A stretch of 63,264 nucleotides of DNA, counting the filler, from Licmophora abbreviata (Eukaryota): the NCBI GenBank assembly GCA_900291995.1. It is 11 parts of 11 records of this genome, joined end to end, with 100 filler letters (N's around TTAATTAATTAA, not from the genome) between each part and the next. Parts side by side here need not be neighbours in the genome. Positions count along the whole stretch, not along the records: positions 18,804 to 26,807 come from OLMU01004417.1; positions 26,908 to 32,430 come from OLMU01004418.1; positions 32,531 to 39,544 come from OLMU01004419.1; 8 more parts are not named here. One strand, 5' to 3'. Made by a program: the position numbers and the translations under genes. This document shows, piece after piece, positions 22,453-35,015 of the stretch. The stretch's first letter is position 1; the number at the start of each line of letters is the position of its first letter. The notes below the pieces were generated by a model. The model had not been told where the DNA came from. It worked only from the letters and a program-made list of their open reading frames with translations, and did no database searches.

Positions 22453-23700
22453 TCAGTCAAAGTCTAGTAGTCGCAGGGGGTCACTACGCCAGCAGAGACG
22501 ACCATTCGTTCCCGGTGCTTCAAGTCCGTCCAATACCTTCATATGTTCGTCGGAAAGAACGAAGTCAAAGACATCCGAATTTTCCAGCATTCTCTGTCGT
22601 GACGTTGTTTTCGGTGTCAGAGCACAGTTGCGTTGCAAGGCGTAGCGCAAAAGAACTTGCGCGGGGGTTTTCCCCACTTGAGTTGAAATCTCTTCTACCG
22701 CAGGACACGTTCGCAATGTGATTTGGGGTGCTCCCAACAGTTCTGCCCACTGTTTCTTGGTACCATCTTGTCCCCCCAGCGCCGCATATGCTTGCAGCAC
22801 GATCCCCTCCTTTTCACAATAGGCACGTAGTTCATCTTGTGGAAAGAGCGGATGGCATTCCACTTGATTAACAGCAGGCGGCCACACACGTGCAGTCTGC
22901 TTCAACGTTTCCAAGTGCGTGACAGAAAAGTTGGACACGCCGATAGCCCTAACCTTGCCTTCTCGTTGTAGATCCTCCATGGCACGCCACGTTTCCGCCC
23001 GCGTATGTACCATGTCTTCTTGCTTCGTCTTCGCATAGTACCAGGGTCCATGTTCTTGCATCAAGTCTTTGCGACGATTCATGGTGTTCCACGCTGGACC
23101 GGGCCAATGAATGAGATAGAGATCGACATGGTCCACCTGCAGTCGTTTCAAACTCTTGTTGAGACACATTTTCGTTTCGTCGTAGCCATGGTACTTGCGC
23201 CAATGTTTGGTAATGACAAAGAGTTCTTCACGATCTTGCAGTATACCGTCGTCGAGAGCCTTGTGAATGGCCTTTCCAACCTGTTCTTCAGTTGTTTCGC
23301 CGCCATAGATGAATGCGGTGTCAATACAGCGATAGCCTGCGTCGAGTGCCTCCAGTGTGGCGTCAAAACTATGTGCTTTGCCCAATCTGTAAGTTCCAAA
23401 GCCGACCCAGGGCATGATGGGGGCTTGTGACCGCGGGGTGGAATTATAGGTAGGACACGCCAGGGCTATACCGTCTGTCAAGCTACGAGCGTCGGAAGCT
23501 CGTTCAGTGGCCTGAAACCAGGAATCTGGTGTTGACGACATGGCCTTTCGTTTTCGACTCGACATTGCCCCTCTTCTGCCGAGAAGAAGAGGAAACACCA
23601 CAAAGGTAGAGGTCGAGCGAATGATAGAACTGGTGGAAACCAAAGGAAAGGGTTGAATCAATGCGGTAGCAGCGGCGACGGTGCCGTGCGTTAACGGCAT
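22453..23700 (-). CDS. Aldo-keto reductase (start may be 23565)
   Basis: GFGTY, IDTAFIY, LFVITK, DLYLIHWP, AIGVSNF, PAVNQVECHP, TPAQVLLRY. Confidence 0.93.
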   Translation of the reverse strand: MPLTHGTVAAATALIQPFPLVSTSSIIRSTSTFVVFPLLLGRRGAMSSRKRKAMSSTPDSWFQATERASDARSLTDGIALACPTYNSTPRSQAPIMPWVGFGTYRLGKAHSFDATLEALDAGYRCIDTAFIYGGETTEEQVGKAIHKALDDGILQDREELFVITKHWRKYHGYDETKMCLNKSLKRLQVDHVDLYLIHWPGPAWNTMNRRKDLMQEHGPWYYAKTKQEDMVHTRAETWRAMEDLQREGKVRAIGVSNFSVTHLETLKQTARVWPPAVNQVECHPLFPQDELRAYCEKEGIVLQAYAALGGQDGTKKQWAELLGAPQITLRTCPAVEEISTQVGKTPAQVLLRYALQRNCALTPKTTSRQRMLENSDVFDFVLSDEHMKVLDGLEAPGTNGRLCWRSDPLRLLDFD

Positions 23701-23918
23701 GGACTACGATATGCAATCCATGACGCTCAATTTCGGTTTCAATTTCGTGAACAGAAAAGCATCTCACATCTCACATCTCGCAGCAACGCGCGCATTGTCG
23801 AAAGAAAGGTACATGTCACATCTGATGTCACAAGCGACACCAGCTACATAGTAAAAGAAATATCAGCGGTTCAAACGACACAAGCCGCACCACACTTATC
23901 AGAAAACGACCATCCACC

Positions 23919-25323
23919 ATGGCGTCCGGTCTACGGCCTCGGAGAAGCGCACGGAGACCGAGCCCCTCGATGTCTTCGGTCGAAGAAGAGAAAGACGATG
24001 CACAATATGACGCTTCGTCTCTTCTACCGACGGCCAGGTCGCCCCCGCGAAGAAGTATCGTACGATCGAATCCTGCATCGCCATCCAGCAGACCTCCTCC
24101 TCCACCGCCACCTCCCCTTTTTCATGGGACTTCTCCTCAACAGCATGCGCCTCCACCGCCCCCTATGATGACTGTACAGAATTCTCAAAGGAAAGTAGCC
24201 GCGGAAACTACCACCAGAGGCAGCTCCCCAGCAGCAGCAGCTCCCCAGCAGCATCCAACACTTGCGTCGCCATTGCCGCCACTGCAACTACCTGCTCTCG
24301 GTGTGACAGAAGCCACCACTGCTGCTTCAAACACCGCTGCAGATATCACCACTATCACCACTGAGACACAGACCGATTCACCCTACAAGTGGCTACTGTC
24401 TATTCAGCATCAATCCCCTCGCTACGGCTCCACCAAGATTCCCATTGTCGTTTCGCCCGATATGACGGCCCTGAAACTGCAGCTGTGCATACATCAGATC
24501 ATTCGCGATGACACCGCTGGCGAGCACGTAAGGGATGTTGCGGTAAGTTCAGGATCCAATAGATCTTCTAAGTTGGCTGTATGATAAAGCGTCAGCCAAC
24601 GAGCTCATGTCATGTCTCTTTTTGTAGGGTCTGTTTCGCTCGAGTGACGGCTGCTTTCTGTCACTCGAAGCCATTCTGAGTGCACCCGAGGACTCATCTA
24701 TATGTACATGGCTCGTCTACAGACCTCCGCCTCGCCCACCTCGCCCCCCACGACCCTTTTGGACGATCGAAATGATAGTGGGAACATCTCTCGTGGCACT
24801 GGCAGCGCTATGGTATACCAACGACATGGTGTGGCGAGCGATACTGGACACGTCGGGACGCTTGCTGGAAGCAGCCGTGAATTTGCCTCTTCGAGAGTTT
24901 TACCGCTATGGTCCCCCATTTCTCGGATGCTGGGAGGGTGATTCACTCCCTACCATTTGTGCGCGAATCACGTATCATGGTGACGAGGTGAGCAACGGAC
25001 GGAAGAATGAATTGAACCAATGCCATCACTAGGTTTGTGAATATTTCTCATGTTCACTGCCCATATTCTTGTTTTAGGTATTCTGGAGTCGCAACATGGA
25101 AGAATGTCAACGAATCTTTACAGCCAAGGAGGAAGCTACCTTGCGTGTGGTGCGTCCCGTGTTGTATGCGCTACTTCTGGTCGGAGGTTTCTTTGCGTTG
25201 CGAAGTTTGGTGCGAGAGCATGCGCTCACGAGACGGACGCCCGTGAACCGTGACATGATGGAAACCTACCAAGCTTTCAATGTAATGGCTCGTCAGATGA
25301 AACGAGCCCTGCAGCATAGGTAA
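23919..25323 (+). CDS. Hypothetical membrane protein; exons 23919-24542, 24628-24987, 25078-25323
   Basis: Three ORFs join in frame through GT-AG introns. Pro-rich N-terminus, two hydrophobic segments, a Cys/Trp loop (GCWEGDSLPTICARIT). Confidence 0.65.
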
Positions 25324-25488
25324 AAAGGGAGAAAGAGAAATGGTATGACTGTAGACTTTCCTCCTTTCTTTAGGAAACTTAGAAAGATATAGAAACTTCG
25401 ACCAGCCAAAACAAGTCGAAGGAGTCGGGGAGATCGATTGACATCAAGCGCGGCGTCACACATCACATTGCAAAGGGATCGTTCGACA

Positions 25489-26169
25489 ATGGTGATCAGG
25501 ATGCTGCGTTGCTTCACGGCTCTGCTCTTACCATACCTTCACTTTACGTTGATTGCTCAATGTAGTGCTTGGTCACCGATAGTTCGCTCGCCAGTGCATA
25601 ATCGGGGATGCGATGGACGACTGACGACCGTACCGGCAGAAGCAAGCCAGCGGACGGGCCTCCACTTGCTACCAGAGAGTCACACTGGAACTTCTGTACG
25701 GCCATCCACGAGACTGAGTCTACTGGCAAGTAGTGATACGGAGTCATGGAGACAATATGTCCCGCTGGCTGTTTCCTGTTTTGTAATCCTGGACATTCTC
25801 TTAGGATCGCCCATTGTCAATCTGATCTTGGCACCGATGCGCCGTCAGACAGACTTGGCTGCTGGGGACGACGAAAAAGAGCAGAAACCGCAGGGTGTGA
25901 CGATGAAGGGTCTTTTTGAAAACATAAGTGGTGGAAGTGAATCACAGCTCCAGAGTACGACGAAGAAGGAACGAATCGACTCGCAGCGAGTAGCACAAGA
26001 GGCTATCGATCGGGCCGAAAATGCAATGGAACTGAGGAACTATTTGGAACGACAAAAGACAGATTGGGATCGTATGGAAGACTTGAGAAAAAAGATGGAC
26101 AGCCAGATGGACGAGCTCGAAGAAAATCTAGAGAATCTGGAAAAACCCAAGCAAGAGAGCAACGAGTAA
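25489..26169 (+). CDS. Hypothetical, possibly plastid-targeted, single-TM coiled-coil protein
   Basis: Signal peptide ending CSA-WSP, Ser/Arg-rich transit-like stretch, one TM segment, acidic/basic coiled-coil tail. Confidence 0.65.
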   Translation: MVIRMLRCFTALLLPYLHFTLIAQCSAWSPIVRSPVHNRGCDGRLTTVPAEASQRTGLHLLPESHTGTSVRPSTRLSLLASSDTESWRQYVPLAVSCFVILDILLGSPIVNLILAPMRRQTDLAAGDDEKEQKPQGVTMKGLFENISGGSESQLQSTTKKERIDSQRVAQEAIDRAENAMELRNYLERQKTDWDRMEDLRKKMDSQMDELEENLENLEKPKQESNE

Positions 26170-26212
26170 AAGCCCCTTGAAACCAATCCTAGAGTAGAGT
26201 AGCTACCGCCGA

Positions 26213-27773
26213 CTAAGCACCACGAAGTTGCTGCTTCTTGTCTTGATTTCGCTGCCATTGCTCCAGTGTCGGATTTCCAACGACGGGAATGTACTCTTTT
26301 ATTGGTGGCTCCTCACCAGTATGAGTAGAGACCGTTGTGTGTGGATGCTCTGCGTTTTTCAGCTTTGCATACGCCTTTGTGGTAATGGGTTTATGTCGAG
26401 GATGCCAGTAGGCTTCTGGTAAGCCTGGGGGTGGCTTCTTTGATTCCTCTCGTGTTCGAGGTCTCCATGGGGCAGTCAGTAGAACGTCAGGCTCGTCTAT
26501 GGATTCCTCTTTCTCGTCAACCGATGGGCTCTTTATCGTGCCGGATGACACTGGGGGCTCATCTGGAGACGATACTACCTGAGGCGAGCCACGACGCAAG
26601 GAATCGACATTATCAAAATACGAAGCCGCCCCTATACCAACCTCTTTCGTGATTTCGGCTTCCTCGGCTTGACTCGGTGTAGAATATGTTTCGGTCGTCG
26701 TCGCCACCACTGCCCCACCATTCAAGGGCTGAAGTCCTTGCATCGATTGTGCTCCTGACACCAGTGCGGTGCGATGCGATCCTCCTCGCCTTAGTAGACA
26801 AACTGTCNNNNNNNNNNNNNNNNNNNNNNNNNNNNNNNNNNNNNNNNNNNNTTAATTAATTAANNNNNNNNNNNNNNNNNNNNNNNNNNNNNNNNNNNNN
26901 NNNNNNNACCAGTGCGGTGCGATGCGATCCTCCTCGCCTTAGTAGACAAACTGTCAGGAACAAGAGAATGAACATCCCTGTCCGAACTTTCCGCAGTATG
27001 CACCATTCTATCAGTCGCGCGGTTCTCTGTTGGGGGGTGTTGGTATCCCAGAAAGTCGTAAGGTCGTGTTGAGCATGCATACACCAAGCACTTGCGGTTG
27101 CCTTATAGGTCAGGAATTGATGATGTAGGCTCTGCATCGCCCTCTTTAGCTCAGGAGGAAAGCCATCCATCAGGTTCCGAAAAATGCTCATTGTGGGCCT
27201 CGTCTGACGTCTGGATGACGGTCGACTACTACTTTCATCTTCTGTACCACTCACATCTGAGGCACTATTCCTACTACTATTCCCATCTTCCATCCAGACA
27301 AGCGTATCGCGAATCAGATCTGGAGACTTTTCGGTGGCCTCTAAACGTGCGAGGGTGCTGTCGACCTGTTGCTCACGGCGCTTCGTCTTGTTCTGTTGAC
27401 GAATTCGAGATCGGTGAGAGTGACGCCGTCGACTGCTCTTCAGGGAAGTTTTGCTCGGCAATGTCTTCCCTGATGACGAGGACCCCCTACTCATTGGCTT
27501 TCCCAAACGGGAGTTGGAGGACATGCTGCTCGCATCGTCCCATTTCAAAACAGGTGCATCTTCGTCGATCGAGCCATATGGCTTCGATCGTTCGCGAGCT
27601 CGAGAATCAGAACTTTTGGCACGAGTTTTCCTCCAGAAAGTGCATTGCTGTCTCTTTCGATAGGAAAGCTGGTAAATAATAGAGGCTTGCGAAAGCGCTT
27701 CAGGATCGATCACCTCGTGCTCTTGACGGCGCCGACACAAGCGAGAGCCCTGATTTTTTGTGACCACGAGCAA
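26213..27773 (-). CDS. Hypothetical single-TM protein spanning a false gap; 5' end uncertain
   Basis: Collapsing the 48-nt duplication around the gap joins ORFs 26856-27773 and 26213-26761 in frame (TVCLLRRGGSHRTAL-VSGAQSM). Confidence 0.65.
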
Positions 27774-28171
27774 GTCATATCAAGAACAGACCCTATCATA
27801 CCGGAAACAGGCCCAAACAATGCCCCAAAGACCCAAAGACAGAAGAATGACCCTCTGTGAGTTTGTCTGTTTGATTTCTGGTGTCGCTCGGAGAAACAGA
27901 ACTCAGACACGATAGGCACGGAAAGCCGGCGAAGTCAGTGGTCTTGACACCACGACAGGTGACACGCGTATTCGTATTCGTGGACTGCTTCTCGTTTCAG
28001 GTCAGGGGTTTTCGTCGTTGCAGCCTACCTTGCCTTTCCGAGACGACGGCACGGTACTTGACTTTCTCAAGTTTGTTTATTTAGTTTACATTTGTTACAA
28101 ATTTGAACAAATCATTCGTTGATGATAGCGTTGTATGCTGGATGGATACATAGCTTAGCGCGTATCCATTC

Positions 28172-29416
28172 CTATGGCGACCGCCTTGGGTGCGTTCGAG
28201 CCTCCCAAAGCTTCGGACGGTCGTTCGTCTTTGTCTTTCGCTTCTTCCATTGACGAGGTGGCAGTATTTCCACGTCCATGTCTTCCTCCTCAGGAACCTC
28301 GTCGTCTTCAGGCATTCCACCGAGACGTTCCATTCGCTGCTTGGCACGGGCAACCATGCGAAGAGTAAATACTTGCTGGGCAGACAATGCTTTTGATTTC
28401 TTGTGCAGTTTCTTGGCTGATCTGCCGCTTCCTTGGTGCTGATCTGCCGCTTCTTCCAGAATCGCCCTGACATCTCGTTCCAACTGATCCGTCAAAGAAT
28501 CTATATCTCGCTCTTCTTGCTGCAATTCGACAGGATCGTCATCAAAATCTCGCAAGAACAATCGATCAATATTTGCATTGGTCTGGCAAGATCGTTCGAG
28601 AATCTTCAAACAAATCTTGGCCGTCACATCTCGTTCCGTAAGATCGTCCAGATTCTCCTCTTCGTCGTGAATGAGTTGCTTGTACTTTTCCCAGACTTGA
28701 TCGTAGGTCATCCCCTTGACTTGAAACTTGCCATAGCGTTTCCACTGTCGCACTCCATCGTACGTCATTGCAAATAGCCTCGACGGCACTATACACCGCT
28801 CCCGCGCATACAATTTCGCCGCCACCCTCGCCTGATAAGCCAAGGGCGCCAAGTCCTCCGGATGCACTCCCATCCTGTAGAGTTCCATCAAGGCCCTCGG
28901 AAGCAAGGTCTTGTACAAGCGCCGAGCCGTCGTTCCATCCAAATCTCCCCATACAGTGTTGGAATTGGTCCCGAACGCGGTTCTCAGTGCGTCGACGGAC
29001 GTATAGCGTGCTGCCCACTCTTGCTTGCGACGTTCGTAGTCGACCCATTCTTCGTCTGATTTCTGTTGCTCTTTCTTGCGACGAATCCGGACATTTCTTC
29101 TTCTTGGCAGCAAGAATCGATGCTTCCAGTCCAGATCATCATTGTTGGAAGCACTGATAGTATCTTGCAGGTCGTAGGGACGCGTAATGACATCGGCCGT
29201 GGAAGCGTAGGCTTGGGAAGTAGATTTACGCCGTTGTGGTGGAGCAGCAACGTTCTTGCTGTCGTAGGAAGCATGGACGAGAGGAGGCATAGCAAAGCCA
29301 TCGACCGTTGAGGAGGCCATGGCAAACAAAACGGCAAGTGCCAGTTTGCTCCTTGCACATGTTCGACGATGACGACGACTGCTATCGCAAGATGAAACGT
29401 TTCGTGTATCAAGCAT
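28172..29416 (-). CDS. Hypothetical, probably plastid-targeted protein
   Basis: About 414-aa ORF; hydrophobic LALAVLFAMASSTVDG-FAMP presequence-like segment, a globular-looking core and a charged tail. Confidence 0.7.
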   Translation of the reverse strand: MLDTRNVSSCDSSRRHRRTCARSKLALAVLFAMASSTVDGFAMPPLVHASYDSKNVAAPPQRRKSTSQAYASTADVITRPYDLQDTISASNNDDLDWKHRFLLPRRRNVRIRRKKEQQKSDEEWVDYERRKQEWAARYTSVDALRTAFGTNSNTVWGDLDGTTARRLYKTLLPRALMELYRMGVHPEDLAPLAYQARVAAKLYARERCIVPSRLFAMTYDGVRQWKRYGKFQVKGMTYDQVWEKYKQLIHDEEENLDDLTERDVTAKICLKILERSCQTNANIDRLFLRDFDDDPVELQQEERDIDSLTDQLERDVRAILEEAADQHQGSGRSAKKLHKKSKALSAQQVFTLRMVARAKQRMERLGGMPEDDEVPEEEDMDVEILPPRQWKKRKTKTNDRPKLWEARTHPRRSP

Positions 29417-29709
29417 CGTTTTGAATCTGAGCCTAGCTAGCGAGTGTTTGTATAAGAAGAACGGACGATGGGTATGAAACAACAACAAGAACAGGACAGC
29501 GGGGGTTCTCGAAGGTGGTGTCAAAGAGTCGTGGTTTGGTTTTTATGATGAAACGTGACAAGAAAGAGAATGGGATCACTCTCGACTCAGCAGCCGGTGG
29601 CCATCACAAAAAGTGATTGAAGCACTGCACTTCCGGAGGGAAGCCAGGTGGTCATTCATCGGCGGTTGGGTTGGCTGGATAGCTTTTGGGAGTGACATTT
29701 CCTACTGCT

Positions 29710-29855
29710 TTCTACGTGGCCCTACGTATGATCCTCAACGTTGTGTAACTTCTTACCGCAGAACACGTGTTCCACGCATGTAGAACTCAGTACTTATGAC
29801 GTCATGGAGAACAGTGACGCGCACCAACTGGCACTGCAGGATTCTGACGCGTGAC
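29710..29855. promoter_or_regulatory. Cluster of ACGT-core / CRE / CCRE-like bZIP motifs
   Basis: ACGT at 29714, 29724, 29738, 29765 and 29799; palindromes GAACACGTGTTC (29761-29772) and ATGACGTCAT (29796-29805); TGACGC at 29815 and 29845. Confidence 0.45.
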
Positions 29856-30169
29856 AGCTGGTGTCAGCGCGAGGGGCGATGGACAGACAGAGAAGAGAAG
29901 CTTGCGACAGCGTCATTGGACCCGGAAGTTCCAATAGATTGCATACTCGTACATCGCTTGCACGAAGTACTCAAGATACAAGACGATAATGGTCTACCCT
30001 AGATAGTAGCTCTAGTGGAGAACCTGATAGAAAAAGTCATCGCAAGAAGAGCCTGTGCATGGAACAAGGGAGTCAATGTGGATGGTAGCAAGCGTGTTCT
30101 GTACTTTACTTTTATAAAAGGAATAATAGAAAAAAACACGAAACATTCACTGCCGGGGTTCCTCTTGTG

Positions 30170-33100
30170 TCAAGTCTTCGCATGCCCATCGGCGGACGCT
30201 TTGTTGTCTACTTCGTGTTGTAGCATGAAGAGCTGCCATTCGTTCCCTTCACCATTCTTCGATGATGCACCAATATCATTGGCTGCGGCATTGTTTAGAA
30301 TAGAACGCCTCATTGCATGCACACCCCATCCGCCCTCGCCCAGAACCTGAATCACGTCTGGCGCCGACCGAACGACGGGCCAGTCTATTCGTTCCGTCTC
30401 CGACGACTTGACGACGGCACCGCTCGCAGTGATATGACCACGAGAAGGAACAAGCTGCACTCTCCCAATCAACTTGACTCCTGCGGATGATCCCTGAGAA
30501 AGGCTCTTCTTGTAGTCCTCCACTAGGGACAGGATATCGGTACCGTCCCTGCCAGTTACCAGAACGGTGAGAGGAGCTTCTTCTCCTTCCTCAATGCAAG
30601 GGATTTCATTCACATCTCGCCCTCCGGACATTAGAAACAGCTCATCCTCCGCGTCGTTCACAATGATGACAGCCTCGGAGCCGTAGCGAACCTTCTGGTT
30701 CATTGCCTTGGATTCAAAAGTGCATTCGCCTCTCTTGACGAAGCTTATGTCAGCAACCTCTACCACAGCATCTCCATCTTTTTCATCGTCACCACAGGGA
30801 CTGCTGCAGCCAAGACCTACTGTGGGTGCCACCTTACCTTCCACAGTTAGCCCGCCCGTCTCCACCAGTCGTGACGTTAGGGACGGCCCGAACAGAGCAG
30901 GCGAACATGGTACGGACGCCAAGACGAGCTCCTTTACGAGAGCCTCCTCGCCCTCGGGTGGCGAGTTGCACTCGCCCTGTTCATTCATGAGCCCGCTGGA
31001 ACAAGTCTCGGTGGTATCCGACTCTTGCAATGGTGGCATCTCCACTATCTGCACTTGACAGCGGAACGCTCGGTTCTTTGCATCTGAAAACATCACGGAT
31101 CGCCTCTTCGACTGTTCGTCTTCAGACTGAGCCGCATCGTCGTTGTCCTTACGACGAGAAATGGACCGCCAGCTTGTTCCGTGACCTACTGCGTGCACGT
31201 CATCCTCTGCAGTCGGCGTTTCCGGAGCATGTCCTTGCGTCGCTGGACTAATGGAGTAAATCATCACGTATGGATTGAGCGTCCCGTCCTGGGGAGCTGT
31301 CACTGTGTTGACTTCCTCGTTCAATATGGTCGCCATGATTGTCTCACCCGTCTCGACTTGTCGGACCAGGAATCCGAGCCCGTCGACGAAAAGTGAAACT
31401 TCAAATACTCCGAGACCCTCACCCATATCTACGCTCTCAAGCTTGTTCGTCGGTGTCGACGGCGCTTTGCTATCGACAGATCCCTCGCCGTTCTTCTCTT
31501 CTATTTGATGTTTCACACGAGGTGAAGTTGAATTTGAAACGGTGCAAGTTTCGCTGCCGTACGTGTGATCGGTGCCAGGATATAAACCACTTCCGTGAAA
31601 CGCCAAAGCATCTGCTGCGGATAGTATCATGCCCCCTGATTCAGTCAAACCCTCGTCACTGGCAGACGAAACGTAAATATCAGCATAGTCCAGAACACCA
31701 CCATTCAATGCCCGTACCCAGTCAAGCGACGAGCAATGGAAATTCAAGCAGGACTTCTTCAGGGATGATCCATCACCGAGACCACGGTCAGCAATCGATA
31801 CATGTGCAATGTTAGGCCTAGGATCGGCTCCAGAGGGGTCTTCCGCGTGCACGTCCGCGAACGAGCGGATACTATCAGCTAGGATGCTGGATCGGTGTCG
31901 ACCTTCCCCAGTCGACCTGGACTGTTTGCGTAGTAGGACGGCAGTTTCACTGTCGCGGAGACTATTCATGTACAATGGCATCTGACTGCCGATAGTCCAC
32001 TTTTCCATGCTCAGCGTCGACGATCTCGTATCAGAGGGGACCGGAGGCGTGGATCTACCAGACTCTTTGTACTCAAGACGACGGCGTAGAAGGTCGATTG
32101 TATCTGTCCTCATCTGCTCCAAGCGAATGTCGTCATTCGCTTGATCACTAGAAAAACTGGGGACGGAATGTATTGGGTGGGCTTCCGTCGTGAACACCCA
32201 GTCGCGTTCATCATCTTTGTGCAAGATATTGTCATCGTCAAAAGACAAGTATAAGTATTTGAGGGTCTCACTCAGGAAGAAGCTTGGCATCTCGTTGGCG
32301 AGTTGAACGCTCCAGTTGGGTTTCGACTCGGTGCCAGGCAGAGTTCCCGAAGTAGACGGACCCGTATTGTCGACAGTTGCGTAGCCACACTTGTGAGTGG
32401 TCAGCCGCTGCAATGTATGAAGGGCGTAGTNNNNNNNNNNNNNNNNNNNNNNNNNNNNNNNNNNNNNNNNNNNNTTAATTAATTAANNNNNNNNNNNNNN
32501 NNNNNNNNNNNNNNNNNNNNNNNNNNNNNNGCAAAAAGTAGCAGCTCTCGAGTAGTTCCGGGCGGAGCGGGTGCTTTGCGGCTCCCCCGGCCCCGCCGTC
32601 AACTTTCCAATTGCCATAGTTGAACCGCTCCGGGAGGACCCCAAGGAGCTCTCTCACAATAAAGAAACTATTAAGAGTACGAGATGCAGGAGCTAGTTCA
32701 CCAAGCAAGACCTGCATCCCGGGGTAAAACGCCATCAGGCTTTCGAAAACTCGTCGCCCCCCACCATTCCGAAGGCCCAGATTCATGTCGGTGTCAACAT
32801 ACCACTCCCCAAGCCTCGTTCCGTTGTGTACACCATTGTAGGTCGCGACAAACATCGACCAAAAGTCTTCATCATCGGGAAATAGAATGTAATGTTTGAT
32901 CAGATATTCGTAGAAGGAGTCTGAGTTGGATCCAATCCCGCTCAGCGTCTCCGTCCACTTTCCCTTCTCAACTTCAATGTGCTTTCCCAGTAGCTGATGA
33001 GTCCGAGACCGCCGCATCCACAAAGCTCGAGAAGCAAGCTTCGCCGCATTCCCAAAGGATTCGTCTCCAGTGAGATGCGAGAGCAGCTCCATCTCCAATG

Positions 33101-35015
33101 TCAAGGTACCTCCTCCGGCAAGGGAGGCGACTGTCGTTTCACCCCTAGGAATACCAGCCATCAGATTGACCGTACCGTAAGGAATCCCGGTTTTGCTGTC
33201 AAACGCTGGGAGCAAGCGTTGTCCTAGATCGTGCGCCAAGTTCAGCAATATGCCATCGTATGCCCAGTACTCAACGCTTGCGTGACTGCTGGATGTAGTC
33301 GAATTCGTCTTAGAAGACTTCTCGGTTTTTGGAGAAGTCGCGGACTCACAAGATGCAGCAAGTGAGGGGCCACCCGGCACCGCCATTGGGACACTACAAG
33401 GAGTGTCTACATCCATCTGCAAGTCGTCGTCATATGGCTTGTCCGGGGCGTCTCTCAAAGTCTCCTGTTGTGCATTTTGTTTTGAGAACTCGTCAAGAGG
33501 GTCCTCCGTGCCGATCCTGATTTGACCCTTCGTGTCATACACGGCTGCCTTTTCGACGGAACGCGGATAAAGAAAAGCTTCTGCCAGTTGATGTGCCGAC
33601 AAAAGTCCACCTAGGACACGAATATTCGTCTCAAAAACACTGACATTCTGAGGAACACCGAACAAGCCCCCTTCCATGGAGTCATGCAAGAGACGCAAAC
33701 GTTCTACGGACCGCGCAAACTCCGTAGTATTCCCCATGACAATGAGAGTATCCAAGGTATCGACCAAGGTCAAGGCCGGCAATCGCACCAAATCGAAAAC
33801 CCCAGGAGTGCACGTGATGGGCTGCAACTCGGAGGCCGGAAAGGCATTGTACATGTAAGAATCGTAGGCATGCTGAAACATGTTTCGTATCAGATCTCGA
33901 TTCGCGTCACTGCGCGATGCCGGAAAGGGGGGCAGCGCAATGTGCAGCGAGGTGGTGCGATCCGAATGATCCGCCTGAGCCATGGCGACTCCCGACTGTC
34001 GCATATATGCACGAAAGGCCTCCTGCCTCGCCACATGGTCTCGACTCCACTCATTGTCGTCATCGACATGCCCTCGTGGATCCATTGTGGTTTCCTCGAC
34101 CGACTCGCCTTCGACAGTAGTGTCATCGCCGGAAGAATACAACATTCTTATTTCTGGCTCCATTGCACCACGATTTTCACAAACATACAATACATAATGA
34201 CAAGGTTGCGGCTCCATGACAGTTAGGACCTTCCATCTCTCTTCATTCTTTGAATATTGACGACAGACTTGCGGGTTCTTCACCACCAACGATCTTCTTC
34301 TTGTTCTTGTTCGACTTGGGCCGCACAGTTGTCCATGCGAGTAGTACTCCACATGGGACAAGGATGGTTGTACCCATCCCAAAACGATTCTCCAGTGCTG
34401 TTGATCTTCCTCGGTCGGATCCAAGACATGACTCCCCAAGGAGTGTTGATTGGCAACGCGCCACTCGACATTTCTAGTATCAGAGGAAACAACTCTAGGC
34501 TTCCAGTGTTGCTGTACCAGTGTACCGGAGTCATCCATGGAGGATGGCGGACACCATTGATAGGTCCAATGGGAATTTCTGTTTTCATTGTAATAGACAC
34601 ACAACTGATCTTGATCCATCCAAGAGGAAGAAGAAGTCTTGCGCTTGGACTGTGGACTTGTACTACTCGTATAGTTGTTGTCATTCAGATTTGGGTCATC
34701 CGGTCGGTAGTGCGATTGCAGAGCGTGTTCGTACAGAACGCGGCGTCGTGTGACACGACGAGGAGAATCTTTGTTCCTCTCTTGTGGTCGTCGTGATTGG
34801 GATCGAAAAGTAGTCTCTTCCTCTTCTTTGATATTCTTAGTGTCGTTGTCGTTCTCATGATGAACCAGACGATTCCATAGATTCTCCAGTGGATTGGCGC
34901 GTTTCTTGTTGTCCTCCTCATGTTGTTGTCGTTGTTGTGTAGGAGGAACTACTGAAGATGAAGTTGCTCCCAAGAAGCAAAGCGAAAACAAAAAGACAAA
35001 ACGGAGGGACATCAT
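30170..35015 (-). CDS. EDEM-like GH47 alpha-1,2-mannosidase with N-terminal MRH-like domain and C-terminal PA domain (spans gap 32431-32530)
   Basis: Signal peptide; MFQHAYDSYM, VFETNIRVLGGLLSAH, DSFYEYLIK, LRPELLES, SFFLSETLKYLYL, FTTEAHP; PA motif FVKRGECTFESKA..AVIIVND. Confidence 0.9.
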
